Source: Deferribacterales bacterium
Lineage (GTDB): Bacteria > Chrysiogenota > Deferribacteres > Deferribacterales > Geovibrionaceae
Assembly (NCBI GenBank): GCA_050251875.1
Contig: JBFWMA010000006.1
Span: 132,024 to 196,023, forward strand
Direction of reading: 5' to 3'
DNA: 64,000 nucleotides
The first letter of the stretch is position 1. Each line of letters starts with the position of its first letter. The position numbers were made by a program, and so were the translations under genes. Below the pieces are notes generated by a model. It was given only the letters and a program-made list of their open reading frames with translations. It had not been told where the DNA came from and did not search any database. This document shows positions 50,133 to 58,850 of this stretch, piece after piece.

Positions 50133-50158
50133 ACTCCGCACCTCCATTTATTAATTAT

Positions 50159-53100
50159 CTATTCTTCCAGTTGAAATACTCCTAAGTGATTGTCGAAATA
50201 CATTTTATCTCCGGGCTCCAGCTCCCGCATCGTAAACCCGCCGAATTTCTGCGAACAGGCGGCTGGAGTTATCTCAAGACGCTCCGCCAGCTCTTCCACA
50301 AGTTTTGTGTAGTCCAGCGATATAAAATAGTCCGCCGGAACCTCCTCTGTATTCCATTTGATATTTCTTTCCGCAGTGTCATATTTCCCACTGTCATTCA
50401 TCTTCATAAACATCATTTCTTCGGTATCATCGTTATACCAAAGCACATATTCCGTATCTTTATTCCCCGCTCTGAAAGGTTTTATTTTCTGCATATAAGC
50501 AGAGAGGTAATAACGGGAATCCCAGAATTTTGTAACCGGCATCACTGTTCTGCCGTCATCCCCAGTCATAACGGCTTTCAGACGGGCATGCTCCAGATCG
50601 CCGATGTTCATATCCGGCTCCGGCTGTCCGGATTCCGCTATCCTCGGCACTGACGTAATCTTTTCATATTGCTCTTTTTTCAGAATGGTTTTTATATCGT
50701 GTGCTTTTAATCTGAAATTTTTATCTTCGTACCCGGGGCGGTGATATGCGATACCATCTCCCTTCATCGCTCTGATGTTTTTACCCAGAATATACATATT
50801 TATAACGTCATAGGACTGGGGTCTGTGTCTGCGTATACGCCCGGCAAGCTGGATTATGGAACGCATGGATGAGGGTTCCGCAACCGCCCAGTCATAGTCA
50901 TGATCCCGCCCCACTTCCGCCACAGGAGAGGCAAACACCACAAATATGTGCTCTTTTCTATCGGGATATTTTGATATTGACCGCCTGACAATCTCATCAT
51001 CCATAAAATCTCTGCCGCCTCTTTTCAGGATTCGGTCGAGATTTTTTTCTATTTCTGAACGAAGAATCAGGGGAAAGCGTGAGTGATAACAGCAGACATG
51101 AAACGCAACATCTTTATCTGCTGCTGTTTTGCAGAAATCTTTGAACAGCGCCACCAGAGGAGTGATATTTGCTATACGCACCAGACCGATGCTGACCGAA
51201 GCGCCTGTTTTGACATCCTTGGCGCTGTTTGAATGATGCAGTTCTCTGACTACGCTGAAAATTTTATCCGGAAGCTCAGATACGCCGTCAACGTCAAGAA
51301 TAGCCGCATGCCGCCGTGAATCCGCATATATCAGTTTTTCCACTCTGGTTTTTATAAATTCAGCGTGCAGACCGGAAAACCTGTCTGCGGAAACGTCTGT
51401 CACCGCAGAGCATGAAAACTCGTCAAACCATGCACAGACAACTTTTCTGCCGTGTTGTAAGCCCCTGTTTCTATTAAATACTTCTCTGCCTGCGGAATAT
51501 GCCGCAAAAAGCCCTTCCGCAATAGACGGCGTTACTGTCGCCGATGAAAAAAGCACCCGTGACCCAAGAAGTCCGGCGAAATATATCAGTCTGGTAAGGG
51601 CATACATATCCCCGACATCATAATCGTCCGGCTCGTCCAGAACCAGATCACCGGTAAGCAGTCTCAGCATGGGAGCTATCTGCCGCCCGCCCGCAGTTCC
51701 CTCAGACGCAGGCATGAGGTGATCTATGGTGCAGACCAGCACAGGCGCACTCACCAGCTTGTCCGCTCCCTTTGTTTTCCTAAGCCACTGCCCCATGACG
51801 GTATCGTCTATTCCGCCCTCATAATAGACATGAGACCCGGCATCCAGAAGCCAGTCCGCTGATTCAGACGACCGGAACTCATTATTCATATTGAATAATT
51901 CCCGCACAGCGGCACCGCCTGTCATCACGGCAAGCTCACTGTCGTCCAGCCCCAGCATCTCCATGTATTCTCTGCCTGTCTGGAGTGTCAGTGTGCGCAG
52001 TCCCAGAGCGACTGAGAATCTTGCCCCTTTCTCCGGATGTGAAAGGGCATACATAATGCGTGCGTTGGCTCTGGTCTTTCCGCATCCGGTGGATGCCATG
52101 TTAATGCCGAAAAAACCGCCTAGCTCCGCCGTCTCTCGCACTGACAAAGCCGTCTCATAGGACTTATCCTGCCACCGGAATCTTTTGTCTTCACTCCTTT
52201 TTGCAAACTGCCGATAACCGGCAAGCCTGCCTGTCAGCGAGTCCGCCATCGGCAGAGAATGCATTATGGTTCCGCACAGCCTCTCCACACCCAGAAGATG
52301 TTCATCCAGTTTCTGGTTTCTATGGTCTTTGTAGGTATTCGCATACAGAGGAAAATCCTTGTCGCCTCCGGCTCTGTCTTTTTCATTATGAAAACCGGAA
52401 TATATATGATCGGCAAGCATCAGCGTCATTCTCGCCAGATTTATAACGTATGGGTCGTAAAAACTCAGGTTAAATCCGTCATAAAGAGTCAAAGCTCTTT
52501 TCGCCGCTCTTGATGCGGCTTTGCGCCAGAGAGCGCTGTCGGCGGGAGTCCCTTCTGCGAATTTCCAGTAATTTTCAGATTCCGGACCTTTTAAATCAGT
52601 GCGGCACCAATCGGCTTTTATTGATTCCGGCAGGCTGAGGTTGTCGTTAAGCACATCAGGAACAGGCATTTTGTGGTGAGAAATTATCAGCCAGCAAACC
52701 ACAGACGCCAGAGGAGGCAGGTCTTTGAAAGGATTGGCGAGTTTACTGTCGATTCTTTTCATCCAGTCATCTTCAAAGTTTTCATCCGCAAGGCGTGTAA
52801 GCCAGTCCTTATCATTCTCGCCGTTGACGTATGCCAGAAACATAATTACCGAAATCCATTCGTGCCGTATAAGGTTTGTTTTTCTTTCATTCTTTTCAAG
52901 TCTGTTCTGAAAGTCGAGACAGCTTTTGCCAAAATCATGAAAAAGAGCCGAAACGCGGGCGAGCAGAGTTATCATAGCGGCTGTGTGCCAATGATTTTCG
53001 CTGTCATATTTCAGAATATCTTTTTCTGTGGTATTGGTCGGCACAGCTCCTTTAGAGTTGAAACATGACGCGTTCCCCACAATCCACATCAGTTCGGTAC

Positions 53101-53305
53101 GGTTTTTTCCACGCACCCAGTGACACGCCACAGAGGTATTTTTTCTTGCGGATTTCTTCAGCAGTATTTTAAGCATGCTGAGCCCCTGAGATGTGATGGC
53201 GGTCTGCCATGTGCGTTCACCTGTTCTTTCGGCGAACTGGTCTATTATCCTGCGGGTTTCTTTCAGGGCATTTTTATGGCATTGGGATATTAATATTACG
53301 TTCAA
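50159..53305 (-). CDS. cas3f: Type I-F Cas2-Cas3 fusion (HD nuclease + SF2 helicase)
   Basis: Cas2-like N-terminus MNVILISQC..ALKETRRIIDQFAER; FHDFGK, LADH, MASTGCGKT, LVLDEPDDY, SSAT, YHSRFPL, QLAGRIRRH. Confidence 0.98.
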   Translation of the reverse strand: MNVILISQCHKNALKETRRIIDQFAERTGERTWQTAITSQGLSMLKILLKKSARKNTSVACHWVRGKNRTELMWIVGNASCFNSKGAVPTNTTEKDILKYDSENHWHTAAMITLLARVSALFHDFGKSCLDFQNRLEKNERKTNLIRHEWISVIMFLAYVNGENDKDWLTRLADENFEDDWMKRIDSKLANPFKDLPPLASVVCWLIISHHKMPVPDVLNDNLSLPESIKADWCRTDLKGPESENYWKFAEGTPADSALWRKAASRAAKRALTLYDGFNLSFYDPYVINLARMTLMLADHIYSGFHNEKDRAGGDKDFPLYANTYKDHRNQKLDEHLLGVERLCGTIMHSLPMADSLTGRLAGYRQFAKRSEDKRFRWQDKSYETALSVRETAELGGFFGINMASTGCGKTRANARIMYALSHPEKGARFSVALGLRTLTLQTGREYMEMLGLDDSELAVMTGGAAVRELFNMNNEFRSSESADWLLDAGSHVYYEGGIDDTVMGQWLRKTKGADKLVSAPVLVCTIDHLMPASEGTAGGRQIAPMLRLLTGDLVLDEPDDYDVGDMYALTRLIYFAGLLGSRVLFSSATVTPSIAEGLFAAYSAGREVFNRNRGLQHGRKVVCAWFDEFSCSAVTDVSADRFSGLHAEFIKTRVEKLIYADSRRHAAILDVDGVSELPDKIFSVVRELHHSNSAKDVKTGASVSIGLVRIANITPLVALFKDFCKTAADKDVAFHVCCYHSRFPLILRSEIEKNLDRILKRGGRDFMDDEIVRRSISKYPDRKEHIFVVFASPVAEVGRDHDYDWAVAEPSSMRSIIQLAGRIRRHRPQSYDVINMYILGKNIRAMKGDGIAYHRPGYEDKNFRLKAHDIKTILKKEQYEKITSVPRIAESGQPEPDMNIGDLEHARLKAVMTGDDGRTVMPVTKFWDSRYYLSAYMQKIKPFRAGNKDTEYVLWYNDDTEEMMFMKMNDSGKYDTAERNIKWNTEEVPADYFISLDYTKLVEELAERLEITPAACSQKFGGFTMRELEPGDKMYFDNHLGVFQLEE

Positions 53306-54279
53306 TCAATCATCCCCTTAACTGTGATGGCAGTGTTCTTTATCGTATCTATCATAAAATCGAGACTTTCAGTCTGAACCAGCGCCTCGGTACATGCCTG
53401 TCGAAATTCCTGTTCCGTATCTCCGTTCATAGCGGAGATAAACGCCTGTGGAAGAATGACAGCATCTTTAATCAGGTCGGCAATATCAAAGACAAGACCA
53501 CCACGCCTCGTTTTGCCATGAAGAACGGCAAAACCATGAGGAAGCCCCAGCACCCATGCGGCGGTTGCCGCCAGCCCGTAGGCAAGATAGTTCCCGTGAT
53601 CCAGAAACCTGTTGGCAGTGTCGCTTCCGCTGCCGTTTTTTGCTCTTGTAAACTCACCGTATCTGACCGCGGAGGCTGTCAGCTTATAAAGCAGCTTTGT
53701 CAGTCTTGCTTCCTCTATAAGCAGTGATTCTGTATCCGCCGCTTTTTCAATGTTCACAACAGAAGCCGACAATGCCTGTTCCATATGTCGTTCGTTTATA
53801 TCAAAACTGCCTGCTGACGCATTTTTAAGTTTTAACCAGTTAGTCCTGACTTTTTTGATCCGCTCAGATTGAAAAACTTTTGCCGCCGCCAGCCTCAGAT
53901 CATCATGAAACCAGAATCGTGTCCATGCCTGTAAATATTCAGTCGGTCTGTATTCGGACTGGGGCGTGAACCAGACGATGTCGGTCACCTGTTCCATTGC
54001 GCTGTAGAGCGGTGTTCCGCCGCCTCCACAGAAACCGACCATAACACCCGCCTTTGCCAGCTCGCGCACGGCGGCCTGAGTCAGCGATGTTCCGTTGCCG
54101 AGCAGAATTACCGTTGTATTTGCTATGGGGATATTCCAGTATAGGTTCTTTTTGCCTCTTTCGGTAACGTATTCAACCCTTCCGCCATTTACCAATATGC
54201 GGCAGTATTCCAGATAATACAGATTCGCACGCTTTGAATGCATAATTGTTTTCATTTCTAACGGAGTAAAACTGTTCAT
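53302..54279 (-). CDS. cas1f: Type I-F Cas1
   Basis: HSKRANLYYLEYCR, YWNIPIANT, SEYRPTEYLQ, LDHGNYLAYG, HGKTRRGGLVFD.ADLIKD. Confidence 0.98.
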   Translation of the reverse strand: MNSFTPLEMKTIMHSKRANLYYLEYCRILVNGGRVEYVTERGKKNLYWNIPIANTTVILLGNGTSLTQAAVRELAKAGVMVGFCGGGGTPLYSAMEQVTDIVWFTPQSEYRPTEYLQAWTRFWFHDDLRLAAAKVFQSERIKKVRTNWLKLKNASAGSFDINERHMEQALSASVVNIEKAADTESLLIEEARLTKLLYKLTASAVRYGEFTRAKNGSGSDTANRFLDHGNYLAYGLAATAAWVLGLPHGFAVLHGKTRRGGLVFDIADLIKDAVILPQAFISAMNGDTEQEFRQACTEALVQTESLDFMIDTIKNTAITVKGMID

Positions 54280-54404
54280 GCTTCCACCACGACTATTCAT
54301 AATGTTATTAGAATAACACTATTAAGCGTCAGATGCTGTTGTGAATATGATATTATTTATGCATAGACATTGACTGATGATTCAAAGTTTCTCCTGCATA
54401 GTTT

Positions 54405-54538
54405 TTATGACCCTTTTTTTTGAACATTTTTTTTATCTTTATATTCCAGCATGTTATGAGATGATTAAATAATTAGGTTTTTGAGTTTTAAACGATGATA
54501 GTTGATATTGAGCAGATATTTGTGAGATAATGAGTCTA
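54405..54538 (+). promoter_or_regulatory. Leader of CRISPR array 2 (divergent from cas1)
   Basis: TGACCCTTTTTTTT...GGTTTTTGA...ATGATAGTTGATATTGAGCAGA...GATAATGAGTCTA, colinear with the array 1 leader. Confidence 0.9.
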
Positions 54539-55347
54539 GTTCACTGCCGCACAGGCAGCTTAGAAACTGGATGATGAAAACCAGCGTTTAGCCGGATTGG
54601 TTCACTGCCGCACAGGCAGCTTAGAAAACGAAGAAAGAAGCACAGGCGATGCAAGCGGCGTTCACTGCCGCACAGGCAGCTTAGAAAACAGCGGGCGGAG
54701 CACCGGGAGCGGAGGAACGGTTCACTGCCGCACAGGCAGCTTAGAAATGCACGAGCTCTTTCATCATCAGAGCTTTATTGTTCACTGCCGCACAGGCAGC
54801 TTAGAAACCATAGAGACCAAACGCGGCACGTTTCAGTTTGTTCACTGCCGCACAGGCAGCTTAGAAATTGATATTGACAGCGATGAATATGAGGCGGCTG
54901 TTCACTGCCGCACAGGCAGCTTAGAAAGCTCAATAGACATCGTGGGCGATGATGTCAGGGTTCACTGCCGCACAGGCAGCTTAGAAAAGTCTCTCTGCGA
55001 GAAATAACAGCTCTGGGACGTTCACTGCCGCACAGGCAGCTTAGAAATTTCGCTTCCAGCGCTGATGTCAGCATGCTCTGTTCACTGCCGCACAGGCAGC
55101 TTAGAAATTGCAAGGTGCGGGCAGTAGCAGACTCTATCTGTTCACTGCCGCACAGGCAGCTTAGAAAATTCTTGAGCTCGTCATTGCCGAAATTTTTGGG
55201 TTCACTGCCGCACAGGCAGCTTAGAAAAACAACTATTACGACAACACTTGCTGTTTCATGTTCACTGCCGCACAGGCAGCTTAGAAAGTCTGCCTTGTGT
55301 CCGCCGGGTTGTGCGTTATGTTCACTGCCGCACAGGCAGCTTAGAAA
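54539..55347 (+). CRISPR. Type I-F CRISPR array 2: 14 identical repeats GTTCACTGCCGCACAGGCAGCTTAGAAA, 13 spacers (first 33 nt, rest 32 nt)
   Basis: Direct read of repeats at 54539, then 54600+60n up to 55320. Confidence 0.99.
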
Positions 55348-55559
55348 TCAATCATGATTAATTTTCTTTACTTTCATTAGCAGAAAGAATTCAGACAATA
55401 GAATACATATTATACACAGAGAATCAGTATAGCAATTAGGCTGAAATAAGGCGGGAGCTCTCAGTCATTTTAACATCATTTCCCCAAATCTGAATCTCCA
55501 ATTCATTTAATATTCAGCTCTTTGTATATTACACAACAAATGCGCGCATTTCGCTGGCT

Positions 55560-55901
55560 TTATATTTTCTTCACAAACTCGGATTTTAGCTTCATTGCTC
55601 CGATACCGTCTATTTTACAGTCTATGTTGTGGTCGCCGTCGCACAAACGAATATTTTTTATCTTAACTCCGACTTTAACCACTGAGGATGACCCTTTGAC
55701 TTTAAGATCCTTGATAACAGTGATGCTGTCGCCGTCTTTAAGCTCGTTTCCATTTGCATCCTTAACAACAATATCCGCAGAGGAAATTTCTTCATCTGAT
55801 TCTTGTTTCCATTCGTGGGCACATTCGGGGCAAATGAGCATATCACGGTCTTCATATGTGTACTCTGAGGCGCATTTGGGGCAGTTTGGCAGTTTTGTCA
55901 T
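55560..55901 (-). CDS. Zinc-ribbon protein YjdM/PhnA family
   Basis: [15 protein letters not shown]...[37 protein letters not shown]. Confidence 0.93.
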   Translation of the reverse strand: MTKLPNCPKCASEYTYEDRDMLICPECAHEWKQESDEEISSADIVVKDANGNELKDGDSITVIKDLKVKGSSSVVKVGVKIKNIRLCDGDHNIDCKIDGIGAMKLKSEFVKKI

Positions 55902-56167
55902 TTTAATTCCTTATGTTTGATGACAGCATATTAGCAGATGAATCTGCCTCTTGTCGCTTTTTTTATGCAAACAACTAGATAAATAGATCGAATAACGAAA
56001 CTGACAAAATCAATATTCTCTTATTAACACTAAAAAATATTTTGGGTGCAAATTGGGTGCAGAGATACTCAAATCTGAGTAATTCTGAGCGATTTTGAAC
56101 AGTTAAAACAAAAAAAGGCAACCAGCGTAAACCACTGATTGCCATATGAGTTGTTGAAATATAAAAG

Positions 56168-56298
56168 CGCGCCTGAAGAGATTCGCTTTTTCTGCGGGCA
56201 CGTCCTATGCCCTTGCAAAAGCAAGCCACTTCGCTTACGCAGGCATCCTGCCTGCTCATCCTCCCTGTTCGGTCGGCGCTCAGTGTCGTTCGAATCTC
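56168..56298 (-). repeat. tRNA-linked structured repeat ending in an 18-nt copy of the tRNA-Arg 3' end
   Basis: 56168-56185 (CGCGCCTGAAGAGATTCG) is identical to 56352-56369; element bounded by GAGATTCG...CGAATCTC with internal hairpins. Confidence 0.65.
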
Positions 56299-56351
56299 TG
56301 ATTTTTCTCATAAAAAAATCCGAGATACTTTCGTACCTCGGATTCTATTTA

Positions 56352-56393
56352 CGCGCCTGAAGAGATTCGAACTCCTAACCTTTTGATCCGTAG
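56352..56393 (-). other. 3' half of tRNA-Arg(ACG): attachment-site (att) duplication, not an intact tRNA
   Basis: Minus strand CTACGGA-TCAAA-AGGTT-AGGAG-TTCGAAT-CTCTT-CAGGCGC-G gives anticodon loop (ACG), 3' anticodon stem, T arm and acceptor 3' strand; no 5' half upstream. Confidence 0.88.
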
Positions 56394-56617
56394 AAATCCG
56401 CTATACTCAAAATTTACTATATTTATCAATAGTAATCAAAATTACTACAGACAGATTACATACAAACAGTTCATAGACTCAACTTACATCAAAAAGGTTA
56501 AAATAAACCATTCAGTAAATAAAGTGTATACCGCCAAACGTCTAACATATTTTTAACTTTTTGCATTTATGGCATCTATTACAAAGATCTGAAGCATTTT
56601 AGAATTCATTTTTTGTG

Positions 56618-58222
56618 TTAGATGTGACTAAAGATATACCTTTCTAATTCCCGATATACTTCAGTTTCTTCTGTAATATATTCTGCTAAATTAAGTTTAA
56701 ATTTCTCAGGATTTATACTTCCGACAACATTACAGTAATTTTTTATGTGACCAATATTATCTTTAAGGTTCTGATTCACTATATCAGATACAAATTGGTC
56801 ATATTGTTCTTCTGCAAACACATGTCCTTTATCTAGACAATATTTTTTCAGAATTTCTTTATCAAACAAGTAGTTTTCAATCTCCCACCTTTTCATCACT
56901 CTATGATTATCTGGATTATTCTTTAAATATTCAAGTCTAGCATTTTCCGTAGTTAGTTTTCCTGATGCAAAATCCCTATCTTTAAAAACTAAAATTTCAA
57001 TATCCGAAAATACTTTTGTTAGAATTGAAAGAGCAACCTGACTTCGTTGGTCAAGTTCAGTGTTACCTCCACTTGATACAAAAACTGTATCTGGATATTT
57101 GCCAGAAAAAATGGAATTAAAAACTTTTGCATCAAAACCTTTTTCCTCTCCATTTGCTCCAGGTCTATCTTTACCTTCACAATAAACAATCCTTTTGGGT
57201 GCAAGCAGGTGGGATAAATCATCAAGTGCGATATTAAATACATCTTTCCATTTAATATTTTTCTCTGGTTCTAAAACATATTCTTTCGACGCTAACACCA
57301 TACCCTCTTTAAATAGTATAATCTGACAATCTTCTGAAAACTCTTCCTGTAGAGCCCTCATGAACCCTATGCTATGAGTTGTAATCCATAACTGGCAGTT
57401 CTCACCTATAAGCTTATCTATTTCAATCAATAATTTTTTTTGTATCGAAGTATTGATATGAAGTTCAGGCTCATCAAACAGAAAAACAGTATCATTATAA
57501 ACATCCTGACGCAGATAAAGGTCAAGCAGTATATCAACAACCTCTTTTTCTCCTGATGATAGTACATTAAAATCAAACTCATTAGTGTGATCAGATTTTT
57601 TAAAAAATAATGTACCCTTACTGTCTTCAATATTTCCTAAACTTGAAAGCTTAAGGTCTAAACAATTCTTCAAAGAATCATTTAAGTCTCCTATGATCTT
57701 AGCTTTTGCTTCGCTCGGACGGCTATCTGTACTATTCAAATAATTGTTATATTTGATATATAACCTACGATAGTTTTCCTCCATCTTATTATCCAAATCC
57801 GAAGCAGTTGAAGCTCCATAATGATTTAAACGTAATTCTTGTAATGCTTTTGTTTGCTTAACATCCAAATTACTATTATATCTATAAGGACTTCTAAAAG
57901 AAAATATAGTTTCTAAATTAGCGTTCTTTTGTCTTTCTCTAAAAATATTTACACCGTCCCCACAATCAAAAGTAATTAAAACATTTTGTGGACTATAATT
58001 TGGCGCTTGCAACATTGAGTGATATTTATAGTCCTTATTATGATACTCACCTATTATAATATTGTTTCTGACACTGTACATGATCCCATCAAGAACACTG
58101 CTTTTACCACAGCCGTTCGGACCTATCAAAGCAATTATCCTTTTAGGGTTTTCTCCTAAGTCTATAGTGAGGTCATGAAATCTTTTATATCCATTTGTTA
58201 GTCTCAATTTCTTAATTTTCAT
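56618..58222 (-). CDS. ABC-type ATPase fused to a TOPRIM-like domain (OLD/PARIS-fusion-like candidate defence protein)
   Basis: GPNGCGKS, LSSGEKE signature, FLFDEPELH, TTHS; C-terminal VYCEG, KDRD, WEIENYL. Confidence 0.8.
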   Translation of the reverse strand: MKIKKLRLTNGYKRFHDLTIDLGENPKRIIALIGPNGCGKSSVLDGIMYSVRNNIIIGEYHNKDYKYHSMLQAPNYSPQNVLITFDCGDGVNIFRERQKNANLETIFSFRSPYRYNSNLDVKQTKALQELRLNHYGASTASDLDNKMEENYRRLYIKYNNYLNSTDSRPSEAKAKIIGDLNDSLKNCLDLKLSSLGNIEDSKGTLFFKKSDHTNEFDFNVLSSGEKEVVDILLDLYLRQDVYNDTVFLFDEPELHINTSIQKKLLIEIDKLIGENCQLWITTHSIGFMRALQEEFSEDCQIILFKEGMVLASKEYVLEPEKNIKWKDVFNIALDDLSHLLAPKRIVYCEGKDRPGANGEEKGFDAKVFNSIFSGKYPDTVFVSSGGNTELDQRSQVALSILTKVFSDIEILVFKDRDFASGKLTTENARLEYLKNNPDNHRVMKRWEIENYLFDKEILKKYCLDKGHVFAEEQYDQFVSDIVNQNLKDNIGHIKNYCNVVGSINPEKFKLNLAEYITEETEVYRELERYIFSHI

Positions 58223-58393
58223 TATTAACCCCGGCGCTAGAATTCAAATATTGTTATCTTATATTCAATTTGAAGCGAATAAAAGTGTTTTGTGCCATAT
58301 TTTAAACACAAATATATGAATTCTTTATAAAAATAGTTACCACTCATCAATTTGTGTGCATTTGCACTCACTTTGAATAATGCTAAGCAATTG

Positions 58394-58592
58394 AAATAAG
58401 AAAAGGCTGTCTCTCGACTGCCTTTTCTGTTATTTATGCACCTGAAGAGATTTCATCTGGTTCTAAACTGAAACAGCTCCATAAGTGATATCGTTGTTTT
58501 CAAACTCCAAACCTTTTAATCAGTTGAAGATTGAATTATGTCGATGTTTATCAATCAATACAACTTGAATTAATTACAGACAAATTACAGAG
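58394..58592 (-). repeat. Degenerate internal att unit (hairpin + tRNA-Arg 3' half interrupted by ~48 nt + arm repeats)
   Basis: GCACCTGAAGAGATT (58438) ... CAAACTCCAAACCTTTTAATCAGTTG (58501): 35/41 matches to 56353-56393 by hand alignment; TACAGACAAAT-TACAGAG at 58575. Confidence 0.75.
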
Positions 58593-58850
58593 GCAAGATT
58601 CCTCAAAATAACAAAAAAATATAAACATTGAAAGTACTAGAAAATGCAACAGGATTTCACTATCTGTTTTCATAACAGTGATTTTGTGGTTTAATAAGAA
58701 GAAATATATTCTACACTTAAAAATAAATAATAACCTGACAATAAAGTGATAAACTCAATTCTACATAAAGAAAATTCCTGAGCAGTCTAACTAAAGTATA
58801 ATTCTGCTCACATTGTTTCTTGTGTTTTTAATGCAGGCTTGGAGAAGCAT

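Noticed and set aside
46304..54279. CRISPR-associated transposon (I-F3) or other variant subtype
   Set aside because: cas1 and an intact cas2-3 are present, cas8f and cas5f are separate, and no tnsABC/tniQ genes are in the window.
44196..55319. Spacers targeting sequences inside this window
   Set aside because: No match was noticed by eye. This is not exhaustive and needs a BLASTN-short search.
55975..56360. Short ORFs (94, 80 and 73 aa) around the att region
   Set aside because: They overlap hairpins and tRNA-derived repeats and show no protein motifs.
56352..56393. Intact tRNA-Arg gene
   Set aside because: Only the anticodon loop to 3' end is present; the upstream sequence has no D arm or 5' acceptor strand.
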